Part shown: positions 18,685 through 27,434 of the stretch, one piece after another
Layout: every line of letters begins with the position of its first letter
How positions within the stretch are numbered: the stretch's first letter is position 1
Source: Bacteroidaceae bacterium
GTDB lineage: Bacteria; Bacteroidota; Bacteroidia; Bacteroidales; Bacteroidaceae
Length of the DNA stretch: 64,000 nt
Reading direction: 5' to 3'
Assembly (NCBI GenBank): GCA_017554605.1
Contig: JAFZIA010000003.1
Span: 1,688-65,687 of the forward strand
Made by a program: the position numbers and the translations under genes
The notes under the pieces: model-generated
Databases searched by the model: none
What the model was told of the DNA's origin: nothing
Seen by the model: the letters and a program-made list of their open reading frames with translations, nothing else

Positions 18685-19563
18685 TCAATCCTCCTCAGAA
18701 CTGTAATCCCTGGTTATTTTGTATGGATTATCCAGATGTGAGTGGTCGTATTTCCCGTGTATATAGTATAGCTGCCACGGATAAAGGCTCTTCAGTATCT
18801 CTTTTATGGCTTTAATCTCGGCTGACGACTGCTTCTTGTATTCCTTGTTGCCGATGGTAAGAATTACTCTGCAATCGATGAATCTTCCATTTTCGTCTAT
18901 TGCATAGTCGCTTGTATGTATCAATATCTTGTCGACCTTCCTGCAACTTCTAAAGCGTTCCCAGGGAAAGTTCCTGTTTAAGGCTTCCTTTATTTGCCGC
19001 CAGCCTACGCCCATTCTGTGAAAATTGTTGTAGAGGGTTTTATCGGTAATTACTCCGTTTGTAACCGGAAAGATATACTCTTCTTCGTATGTGCGGTCAA
19101 AGCCGGCGTGAAAATAATCTACAAGATTGCCTTTGCCTGCGCGTAGTGTGTCGCTCACCCACGATGCCAATATCCCGTCCTCGGTGAGGTAGTCGGCAAA
19201 AATATCCTTATAGCTGTCGTAGGGCAGTTTCGCTTCTCCGAATTTATGCTTGCCGTTCACTATACGTATCGTCTCAATGTATATATTACGTAGGTATAGT
19301 TTCTCGTTTGTAATCTCCCATTCTCCGATGTATCTGCGCCAATTAGAGGTCCATTCTATGCGCTCCCACTTTTCTCCATCAATCATCACGGTGTCGGGAA
19401 GGATTCTTCTTATCCCGTTGCTCAACGCGGTGTCCAACTCGATGGGGCAATAGAGTAAATCCCACTCCTCGCCTTCTATGATAATTCTTTCGGCTTCTTG
19501 TCCTGTTGCACCTGCTGTAAGTGAAACGAGTAATAGGATAATTGTGTGGATAATCTTTCTCAT
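18685..19563 (-). CDS. Hypothetical secreted protein, no family recognised
   Basis: 292-aa ORF with signal peptide MRKIIHTIILLLVSLTAGATG. By eye it is more AT-rich than its neighbours. Confidence 0.6.
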   Translation of the reverse strand: MRKIIHTIILLLVSLTAGATGQEAERIIIEGEEWDLLYCPIELDTALSNGIRRILPDTVMIDGEKWERIEWTSNWRRYIGEWEITNEKLYLRNIYIETIRIVNGKHKFGEAKLPYDSYKDIFADYLTEDGILASWVSDTLRAGKGNLVDYFHAGFDRTYEEEYIFPVTNGVITDKTLYNNFHRMGVGWRQIKEALNRNFPWERFRSCRKVDKILIHTSDYAIDENGRFIDCRVILTIGNKEYKKQSSAEIKAIKEILKSLYPWQLYYIHGKYDHSHLDNPYKITRDYSSEED

Positions 19564-19779
19564 AAGTACATTTTTTGCAATGTTAATTATAAATTCCGAT
19601 AAACTACTCTCGTATATTAAATAATATTAAAATATAGTTCTGCTGTCTCTTTTATATAATGACGCTGATGCTATGGAATTTTAGCAATAAAAATATATTT
19701 TATGTTAAGAATTTCCATAAATAGAAGTGTGCTACCTGCGGGGCAGCACACTTCTATTATTTAGTATGAATGTTCTTTT

Positions 19780-20766
19780 TTACGATGCAAGGATTTCCTG
19801 TGCGCGTACAGCGTCGCGGTCGAGGGGTTTGTCGTCCTTGATGGCCTTTGTAAAGGGGATATATACAATCTCGTTGTTGCGGCTGCCAATCATTACATTG
19901 CGCTGGCCCTCAAGAAGGGCATCAACGGCAGCTACGCCCAGACGGCTGGCAAGGATACGGTCGTTGGCGGTGGGGCTGCCTCCGCGTTGCAAATAACCGA
20001 GGATTGATACGCGTACGTCGAGCTCGGGGAAGCGCTCGCGCATTCCTTCGGCTACCTCCATAATGTTGTAGTCTTTCTCTCGTCCCTCGGCAAACAGTAC
20101 GATACTGCTGCTCTTTGTGCGGCGCAGACCGTTTGCGATGAACTTGTTAATGGTCTCGAACTCGGGGTCAATTTCGGGCAGCACGCAAGCCTCGGCTCCA
20201 GTTGCTATTGTACCGTTGAGGGCAAGGAAGCCGGCGTCGCGTCCCATCACCTCCACGATAAAGAGACGCTCGTGCGACGATGCGGTGTCGCGTATCTTGT
20301 CGACGCACTCCATAATGGTGTTGAGCGCTGTGTCGTAGCCTATTGTGGTATCTGTGCCGTAAAGGTCGTTGTCTATTGTTCCAGGCAGTGCGATACAGGG
20401 AATGTCATATTCGCGGGCAAGGTTGTATGCTCCTGTAATCGAGCCGTCTCCGCCAATTACAACAAGTGCGTCTATGCCTTCTTTCTTTAGTGTCTCGTAT
20501 GCCTTTGCGCGGCCTTCTTCGGTCTTGAACTCGGGGCAACGGCTGGTCTTGAGGATTGTTCCTCCGCGCTGGATTATGTTGCTTACATCTTCGGTCTTGA
20601 ACTCCTTTATCTCGCCAGTCATCAAGCCTTTGTAGCCACGGTAGATGGCTTTAACTGTAATTCCGTGATAGATGCAGGCACGTGTGACGGCACGGATAGC
20701 AGCGTTCATTCCAGGTGCGTCGCCACCCGATGTGAGCACGCCTACGCAATTGATTCTGTTCTTCAT
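19780..20766 (-). CDS. pfkA: ATP-dependent 6-phosphofructokinase
   Basis: [31 protein letters not shown] and MGR motifs. Confidence 0.92.
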   Translation of the reverse strand: MKNRINCVGVLTSGGDAPGMNAAIRAVTRACIYHGITVKAIYRGYKGLMTGEIKEFKTEDVSNIIQRGGTILKTSRCPEFKTEEGRAKAYETLKKEGIDALVVIGGDGSITGAYNLAREYDIPCIALPGTIDNDLYGTDTTIGYDTALNTIMECVDKIRDTASSHERLFIVEVMGRDAGFLALNGTIATGAEACVLPEIDPEFETINKFIANGLRRTKSSSIVLFAEGREKDYNIMEVAEGMRERFPELDVRVSILGYLQRGGSPTANDRILASRLGVAAVDALLEGQRNVMIGSRNNEIVYIPFTKAIKDDKPLDRDAVRAQEILAS

Positions 20767-20790
20767 AATGTTGGTATGTTTTTTGGTTGT

Positions 20791-21666
20791 TTATTGTTTC
20801 TGTTCCTTATAGGTTTGTATTGCCTCCTTGCATTCCTCCATAAGCCATTTGGGGGTGGAGGTTGCACCGCATATTCCTATGCTCTCTACATTGTCGGTGA
20901 GCGAGAGGTCTATCTCCTGAGGCCCTTCGATGTGGTACGAATTGGGGTTCTGGCGCTTGCACTCGTCAAAGAGTATCTTGCCGTTGGAACTTTTGCGTCC
21001 GCTCACAAAGAGTATAAGCTGGTGCGATTTTGCAAATTCACCAATGTTGTTCATTCTGTTTGCTACGCGGCGGCATACGGTGTCGAAGTATTCGAGCGTG
21101 TAGCCGGGTGACATTTGCTCTTTTATGGCTTCTACTATCTTTGTGTAGCCGTCCAGCGATTTTGTCGTTTGTGAGTAGACGTATGTGTTCTTGTCGGGCG
21201 AGAGACGGCCGAGCTGCGATGTATCCTCGATGACAATGGCTTCGCCGTGTGTCTGTCCTACAAGGCCAAGCACCTCGGCGTGACCCGCCTGTCCGTGTAT
21301 CACTATCTGGCGCTCCTCGTTGGCGCTCTCTTGCCACTTTTTCTTTATACGTTGCTGTAACTTGAGCACTACGGGGCAGGTGGCATCTATTAGCTGAAGA
21401 TTGTTGCGTCGGGCAATCTCGTATGTTTCGGGTGGCTCGCCGTGTGCTCTCAGCAGTACCTTGGCATTTTGAAGGGTGGCAAATGTGGCGCGGTCTATCG
21501 TTATAAGTCCCATCTGCTTCAGGCGTTCGCACTCCTTGCCGTTGTGCACAATGTCGCCCAGGCAGTAGAGTATGTCGCCCTTGCCCAACTCCTCCTCGGC
21601 TTTCTGTATGGCTGTTGTCACTCCAAAACAAAAGCCCGATTGTTCGTCAATCTCAATTTTCAGCAT
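20791..21666 (-). CDS. ispH: 4-hydroxy-3-methylbut-2-enyl diphosphate reductase
   Basis: GFCFGV, IVHN, ATCP and SSN motifs of IspH/LytB. Confidence 0.93.
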   Translation of the reverse strand: MLKIEIDEQSGFCFGVTTAIQKAEEELGKGDILYCLGDIVHNGKECERLKQMGLITIDRATFATLQNAKVLLRAHGEPPETYEIARRNNLQLIDATCPVVLKLQQRIKKKWQESANEERQIVIHGQAGHAEVLGLVGQTHGEAIVIEDTSQLGRLSPDKNTYVYSQTTKSLDGYTKIVEAIKEQMSPGYTLEYFDTVCRRVANRMNNIGEFAKSHQLILFVSGRKSSNGKILFDECKRQNPNSYHIEGPQEIDLSLTDNVESIGICGATSTPKWLMEECKEAIQTYKEQKQ

Positions 21667-22352
21667 TCTTTTGTAATCTTGTTGAATTGTTCAATGAGCC
21701 ACTGCTCTTGCTCTTCGCGTGTCATATTGCTGTTGTCGAGCAAAAGGGCGTCGTCGGCCTTGCGCAGGGGGCTCACCTCGCGTGTCTGGTCGATGTGGTC
21801 GCGTTGCTGTACATTCTCGAGAATCTCGTTGTAATCGGCTTCGTCGCCACGGGCTATAATCTCGTCGTAGCGGCGCTGTGCGCGTACCTCGGCCGACGCT
21901 GTTACGAAGATTTTCATTTCGGCATCGGGGAATACAGTAGTGCCGATGTCACGGCCGTCCATCACAATGCCCTTTGCTTTGCCCATTTCGCGCTGCTGCT
22001 CAATGAGATTGGTGCGTACAAAGTCGATGGCTGCAACGGGACTTACTATGCGCGATACTTGCAATGAGCGAATTTCTTTCTCTACGTTTCTGCCGTTGAG
22101 GAATGTTATCGAATTTTTTGTTACGGGGTCGGCTTCGAATGTTATCTTTATTCCGTCCATTCGGCTGCGCAGAACCTCGGTATTGATGCCATTATCGTCG
22201 ACGAGTCCCTCTTCTATGCAAAAGAGTGCCACAGCGCGGTACATTGCGCCGCTGTCAAAGTAAAGGTAACCTACGTTGCGTGCCAGTGATTTTGCCATTG
22301 TGCTCTTTCCGCACGACGAGAATCCGTCTATTGCTATTACAATTTTTTTCAT
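21660..22352 (-). CDS. cmk: Cytidylate kinase
   Basis: IAIDGFSSCGKST P-loop and DSGAMYR motif. The stop overlaps the ispH start by 7 nt. Confidence 0.93.
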   Translation of the reverse strand: MKKIVIAIDGFSSCGKSTMAKSLARNVGYLYFDSGAMYRAVALFCIEEGLVDDNGINTEVLRSRMDGIKITFEADPVTKNSITFLNGRNVEKEIRSLQVSRIVSPVAAIDFVRTNLIEQQREMGKAKGIVMDGRDIGTTVFPDAEMKIFVTASAEVRAQRRYDEIIARGDEADYNEILENVQQRDHIDQTREVSPLRKADDALLLDNSNMTREEQEQWLIEQFNKITKEC

Positions 22353-22388
22353 ATATCGTTTCTGTTTGTTATTCTTTGTGTCTGTGTT

Positions 22389-23360
22389 TTACAGTGCATA
22401 CGATGCGTTGAACATCAGCGACGAGGAAGATATGTGCAACTTGCTGTACGACACCGCGAGTTTTATCTTTTTTATTGACAGTCCTGCGCCTGCTGTCAGT
22501 CCGTCCCATTTTGTTCCCTCGGCCGAGAGCTCTTTGCCTATGCGGTAGTTGTACCCGAGCGATAGGCGGAAGTTCCCTCCTATAAGAAAGTCGGCACCGA
22601 ATACAGCGTGCTTGAGCAACAGGTCGCCCAGGCTGTCCTCGCTACCGTCGGCATTGTAAAAGTCGTCCTTGCTCCATTTGTCGAGGCTCACCAGTGTCGC
22701 CGATAGGCGTATGGGTGCGTGTGCAAGGCGTTTGGTCACTCCCAATTGAATGTCGAACGGCAGCTTTTCGGTCTTGTCCTCAAAGGCCTTTACCTGTCCG
22801 CCCAAGTTCTTGAGTACCAGCGATGCTGAGAGGTCGCTTTCTTCGTCGAAATAGTTCAGTCCAAGGTCAACGCCCAATGCGACTGAGCTGTAGCTCTCGT
22901 ATTTCGAGTAGATGAAACGTCCCGACACACCTCCGCTCCAGCGGTCGCTCAACAGGTAGTTGTAAATGAGGCCAATCTCAATATCTTTGGCCGAGAATGA
23001 ACCGGTAGAAATGTTGTCGGGGGTGTATCCGTTGAATGAGCCGTAGTCGATGTAGCGTGCCGCGACGGCTGCCGAGGAGCGCTCGCCGAACATTAGGGAG
23101 AATGCCGCGCCTGCTACCTTGCTGTCGCTTATGTATGTCATATAGCTCAGTCCCATTGTTCTGTCCGATACGTTTGCGAGCAGTGCGGGGTTGTGCATAG
23201 AGAGCATTATGTCGTCGTCGGGCAACGATATGTTGCTGCCTCCGAGTGCCGCTGCGTGCGATGAGTAGGGCAGACGCAGGAAATGAAAAGCCTTGTCGCT
23301 CTCTTGGGCAAGGAGCAGCGAGGGGAGCATCAGTAATATGGCAAGCAGTTTGTTTCTCAT
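22389..23360 (-). CDS. PorQ/PorV-like outer-membrane beta-barrel protein (putative T9SS component)
   Basis: Signal peptide, then FHFLRLPYSSHAAALGGSNIS, which resembles the F-L-x-x-P-x-SAR-x-x-A-L-GG motif of this family. ~320 aa of beta-rich sequence. The assignment is from memory of the motif only. Confidence 0.5.
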   Translation of the reverse strand: MRNKLLAILLMLPSLLLAQESDKAFHFLRLPYSSHAAALGGSNISLPDDDIMLSMHNPALLANVSDRTMGLSYMTYISDSKVAGAAFSLMFGERSSAAVAARYIDYGSFNGYTPDNISTGSFSAKDIEIGLIYNYLLSDRWSGGVSGRFIYSKYESYSSVALGVDLGLNYFDEESDLSASLVLKNLGGQVKAFEDKTEKLPFDIQLGVTKRLAHAPIRLSATLVSLDKWSKDDFYNADGSEDSLGDLLLKHAVFGADFLIGGNFRLSLGYNYRIGKELSAEGTKWDGLTAGAGLSIKKIKLAVSYSKLHISSSSLMFNASYAL

Positions 23361-23588
23361 TGTTTTTTAGAGGGTGTTTGATTGACCTGCAAAAGGCTGT
23401 CCGTTTCCTATTTTAGATGCGAAGATAACTAATTTTCTTTGTGTAGCCGATAATGCGGTCTGTTTTTTTGTTGGAATATTCTTTTTATAAACGAAAAAAC
23501 AGACGGTGTAGTGCTTGCCTATTGAAATATTTTTATCGGCAGGAGATATTTATAATATCTAAAAATATATTTATCGGCTAAAAATGAG

Positions 23589-23596
23589 TAACTTTG
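23589..23596 (+). promoter_or_regulatory. Candidate -7 box (TAACTTTG) for the polyprenyl synthase operon
   Basis: Exact TAnnTTTG, 43 nt upstream of ATG 23640. Confidence 0.45.
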
Positions 23597-23639
23597 CACT
23601 ATTCTATAAAACAATTGGATAACTACAAAAACTACGAAT

Positions 23640-24614
23640 ATGCAAAGCTGGGAACAAATAAGAGAAATTGTAAACAGTTTCATCGCAGGACTCGATATTG
23701 AGCGTCGTCCCGAGGAACTTTACCGTCCTATAACTTACACCCTCTCGCAGAGCGGCAAGCGTGTACGTCCTGTTCTTTTTCTTATGGCATACAACCTATA
23801 CAAGGATAATGTAGAACAGGCTCTCTATCCTGCTGTGGCAATGGAGACCTACCACAACTATACCCTTATTCACGACGACGTGATGGACCGTGCCGATATT
23901 CGTCGCGGAAAGCCCACGGTGGCGGCAAAATGGGGCGACAATGCGGCCATTCTCTCGGGCGACACTATGCTGGTGATTGCCTACGAATTTATGACTAAGT
24001 CGCCCGATGACAAATTGCGCCCTATGCTCGACCTTTTTACCCGCACGGCTAAGGAGATTGGCGAGGGACAGCAGTTCGATATGGAGTTTGAGACACGCGA
24101 CAATGTCACCGAAGAGGAGTACCTCGAAATGATTCGTCTCAAGACATCGGTGCTTATGGCTGCCTGTCTCAAGATGGGCGGTATTCTTGCAGGGGCATCG
24201 GAGAGCGACCTTGACAACCTCTATGCGTACGGCGAGACAATGGGACTCGCCTTTCAGCTTCAGGACGACCTTCTCGATGTTTATGGCGATGCTGCGGTGT
24301 TCGGAAAAAAGATAGGTGGAGACATTGTGTGCAACAAAAAGACCTTCCTGCTCATAAAGGCACTTGAACTTGCTTCGCCCGAGCAGCGTGCCGCTCTTGA
24401 GGAGTGGATGCAAAAGGAAACATTCGATAAGGAAGAGAAGATTGCTGCCTTTACACAAATATACGACAGCATAGGTGTGCGTCGCTTGTGCGAGGAGAGG
24501 ATAAACGAGCTTTTTGCAAAGTGCGATGCATATATCAATGCCGTGTCGGTGTCTGCCGATAGAAAGGCCGAGCTGAAGAAATTTGTCGATTCGCTGTTGA
24601 ACAGAAATCTATAA
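23640..24614 (+). CDS. Polyprenyl diphosphate synthase family protein
   Basis: First and second Asp-rich motifs IHDDVMD and LQDDLLD. Confidence 0.88.
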   Translation: MQSWEQIREIVNSFIAGLDIERRPEELYRPITYTLSQSGKRVRPVLFLMAYNLYKDNVEQALYPAVAMETYHNYTLIHDDVMDRADIRRGKPTVAAKWGDNAAILSGDTMLVIAYEFMTKSPDDKLRPMLDLFTRTAKEIGEGQQFDMEFETRDNVTEEEYLEMIRLKTSVLMAACLKMGGILAGASESDLDNLYAYGETMGLAFQLQDDLLDVYGDAAVFGKKIGGDIVCNKKTFLLIKALELASPEQRAALEEWMQKETFDKEEKIAAFTQIYDSIGVRRLCEERINELFAKCDAYINAVSVSADRKAELKKFVDSLLNRNL

Positions 24615-24620
24615 TTGCTG

Positions 24621-25334
24621 ATGCCTTATCGTCGACTACCAAAGACCGACCAAGCAAGGTTGCGTGCATTGAGTATGGCTGTGGAGAGCAGTGTGCAGAA
24701 TGGCATATATATGAATGTGCTCACACACAATACCTACTACAAGGCAAAGACCTTTCTTGAGCGCTTCTCGCGCGAGGTCGAACAGTATAAAAAGTGTGTG
24801 ACCGAGCAGTCGTCAAAGCGCGGTAATCAGAAATACGATACAGCGTTGCGTCGTGCCCGTATGTACGTGTCGCATTTTTTGCAGGTGCTCAGTATGTCCA
24901 TCGTGCGTGGAGAGATACCCCGCAGCAAGCGTCCCTATTATGGGCTGCCCAAGGACGAGGATACTGTGCCCAACCTCTTCAGTGAAGCGGCTGTCCTTGA
25001 ATGGGGTAAGCTGGCAATAGAGGGCGAGAAACGGCGTCAGGGCGAGGGTGGTGTGCCTATGTACAATCCCACAATGGGACGTATGTCTGTTGAGTACGAA
25101 ATTTTCAAGGAGATGTACCAGCGTCAGCAGCAGTTGCAGATGCACACAGCCGAGGCTCTGCGTAATATTGCGGCAATGCGTCCCGAGGGCGACGCTCTTA
25201 TTCTTGAGGTGTGGGCCGAGATTGAAAGGTCGTTTGCCTCACTGCCCGTCGAGGAGCGCCTTGAGAAGTGTGCGCAGTTCGGTGTCATATACTACACACG
25301 CACCGACAGAGGAAAAAAGAAAAATGAGGAGTAA
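24621..25334 (+). CDS. Hypothetical protein (basic, helix-rich), operonic with the polyprenyl synthase
   Basis: 237-aa ORF whose ATG follows the upstream stop codon after 6 nt. No motif recognised. Confidence 0.6.
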   Translation: MPYRRLPKTDQARLRALSMAVESSVQNGIYMNVLTHNTYYKAKTFLERFSREVEQYKKCVTEQSSKRGNQKYDTALRRARMYVSHFLQVLSMSIVRGEIPRSKRPYYGLPKDEDTVPNLFSEAAVLEWGKLAIEGEKRRQGEGGVPMYNPTMGRMSVEYEIFKEMYQRQQQLQMHTAEALRNIAAMRPEGDALILEVWAEIERSFASLPVEERLEKCAQFGVIYYTRTDRGKKKNEE

Positions 25335-25380
25335 GGAGCGTTGCTGTAAGTTCAACGTCTGTATATAGATAAATAGCACA

Positions 25381-26166
25381 GTGATACAATTGATTGATAC
25401 ACATAGTCATCTTTTTGTAAAAGAGTTTGACGAGGACCGCGCCGCCGCTGTGGAGCGTGCTCTTGCTGCGGGTGTTGCACACATCTGTCTGCCCTGCATC
25501 GATGCGTCGAGCATTGAGCCGATAGATGCAATGTGCAGGGATTATCCCGGAGTCTGCCACCCTATGATAGGGCTTCACCCCACAGATGTGGGCGATGATT
25601 ATCGCGAGCAGCTTGCATTGATGCACAGCCGCTTGATCTCCTGCGACAGTTACATTGCAGTGGGTGAGGTGGGACTCGATTTTTATTGGGACGACAGCCG
25701 AAAGCAACAGCAGATTGAGGCCTTTGAGACGCAGATTGGTTGGGCCAAGGAAAAGAATCTTCCGCTTGTCATTCACTCGCGCAGTGCCTTTGATGAGCTT
25801 TACAGGGTGATGTCGGCACATCGCAACGACGGACTTACCGGTATTTTTCACTGCTTTTCGGGAACAGCCGACGAAGCGCGTGCTCTCTTGGAGTTTTCGG
25901 GCTTTATGCTGGGAATAGGGGGAACGGTTACATACAAGAAGAATACTCTCCCGCAAGTGCTGCTCGAGGCTGTGCCGTTGGAAAGGATTGTGCTTGAGAC
26001 CGATGCGCCTTACCTCTCGCCTGTCCCCTATCGTGGACGGCGCAACGAGAGTGCATACGTAGCCGAGGTTGCACGGTTCATCGCGCAGCTATACTGTGTG
26101 TCGTTCGATGAGGTTGCACGTGTTACAACTGCAAATGCAAAGAAGGTGTTTGCATCAATCGGTTAA
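25381..26166 (+). CDS. TatD-family metal-dependent hydrolase
   Basis: LIDTHSHL, EVGLDFYW, IHSR and LETDAPYL motifs. The start codon is GTG. Confidence 0.88.
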   Translation: MIQLIDTHSHLFVKEFDEDRAAAVERALAAGVAHICLPCIDASSIEPIDAMCRDYPGVCHPMIGLHPTDVGDDYREQLALMHSRLISCDSYIAVGEVGLDFYWDDSRKQQQIEAFETQIGWAKEKNLPLVIHSRSAFDELYRVMSAHRNDGLTGIFHCFSGTADEARALLEFSGFMLGIGGTVTYKKNTLPQVLLEAVPLERIVLETDAPYLSPVPYRGRRNESAYVAEVARFIAQLYCVSFDEVARVTTANAKKVFASIG

Positions 26167-26230
26167 CATTCATTGCTGGCTGTCACTCTGTTAATGGGAC
26201 AGCTTCTTGAAGAAAGAGAAAAATATTCAA

Positions 26231-27295
26231 ATGGAAATAGAGAAAATAAAACTATTCGATAATTGTACAAAGCCTATAGTATCGGCAGGCCCTTGCAGTG
26301 CCGAGAGTGAGGAACAGGTGATGCAGGTAGCATCGTCGCTTGCAGGTAAGGGGGTGACATTTTTTCGTGCTGGAATTTGGAAGCCCCGTACAAAGCCCGG
26401 CTGCTTCGAGGGCGTGGGCAAGGAGGGGCTCGCGTGGTTGCGCCGCGTGCGTAGCGAACTGTCGCTTCCTGTGGCAACGGAGGTTGCTACCCCTGAGCAC
26501 ATTGAACAGTGTCTCGAGGCTGGTGTCGATATTCTGTGGGTGGGTGCACGTACAACCGCCAATCCTTTTGCAGTGCAGGATATTGCCGATGCTCTGCGCG
26601 GAGTGGATATTCCAGTTCTTGTGAAAAATCCCGTGAATCCCGACCTTGAACTGTGGATAGGTGCGCTTGAGCGTCTCAACAACGCTGGTATCAAGCAGTT
26701 GGGAGTGATACACAGGGGCTTCTCGTCGTATGGCGAGAAGATTTTCCGCAACTCGCCACAATGGCAGATACCGCTCGAACTCAAACGGCGTATGCCGCAT
26801 ATTCCAATGCTGTGCGACCCCAGTCACATTGCAGGCAAGCGCGAGTTGCTGTCGCTGCTCTCCCAAGAGGCAATGGACCTCAATTTCGACGGACTGATGA
26901 TTGAGACGCACTGCTATCCCGATTGTGCATTGAGTGACAGTCGCCAGCAGGTTACTCCTGCCGAACTTTTTGTTATTCTCGACAGGCTTGTGCATCGTAG
27001 CTCAAAGAGTGAGGGTAATGAAATATCGCGCTACCGCACGTTGCTCGACGAAATTGACGGCGAACTGATGCGTCTTATAGCCAAGCGTATGCAGATTGCA
27101 CGTGAGATTGGCGAGATTAAGCGCGAGAAGGGGCTTACCGTCTTTCAGCCTTTCCGCTACAACGAGGCAATGGAGCGCTTCGCAGCCGAGAGTGCTCTGC
27201 GCAGTCTCGATGTAGAGGCGATGAAGGATATTTTCGAGGTCATACATTCCGAGAGTATACGCCAGCAGTTGCGTATAGTTAACGATATAAAGTAA
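26231..27295 (+). CDS. Bifunctional 3-deoxy-7-phosphoheptulonate synthase / chorismate mutase type II
   Basis: KDO8P/DAHP-synthase I-beta-like core (GPCSAES...FRAGIWKPRT...DPSH) plus a C-terminal CM-II helix region LLDEIDGELMRLIAKRMQIAREIGEIK. Confidence 0.85.
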   Translation: MEIEKIKLFDNCTKPIVSAGPCSAESEEQVMQVASSLAGKGVTFFRAGIWKPRTKPGCFEGVGKEGLAWLRRVRSELSLPVATEVATPEHIEQCLEAGVDILWVGARTTANPFAVQDIADALRGVDIPVLVKNPVNPDLELWIGALERLNNAGIKQLGVIHRGFSSYGEKIFRNSPQWQIPLELKRRMPHIPMLCDPSHIAGKRELLSLLSQEAMDLNFDGLMIETHCYPDCALSDSRQQVTPAELFVILDRLVHRSSKSEGNEISRYRTLLDEIDGELMRLIAKRMQIAREIGEIKREKGLTVFQPFRYNEAMERFAAESALRSLDVEAMKDIFEVIHSESIRQQLRIVNDIK

Positions 27296-27434
27296 GTCAA
27301 TCTGTTAAAAAACAGTACAAAATGTAATTTACATAATAGTTGCGTTGTTTGGTCGTTTATTTTATTGTAAATTTGTACGATTTTTTGGAAAGCACTGTTT
27401 TAAGTGAAATGTTTTATAGTAAATAGATGAATTG

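Noticed and set aside
23446-23458. 13-mer gccgataatgcgg shared between 23446-23458 and 34708-34720 (the latter just upstream of the GH95 ATG), considered as a possible shared operator
   Set aside because: - By a rough estimate, tens of 13-mer coincidences are expected by chance in 64 kb on both strands.
- There is no extended similarity or dyad symmetry around either site.
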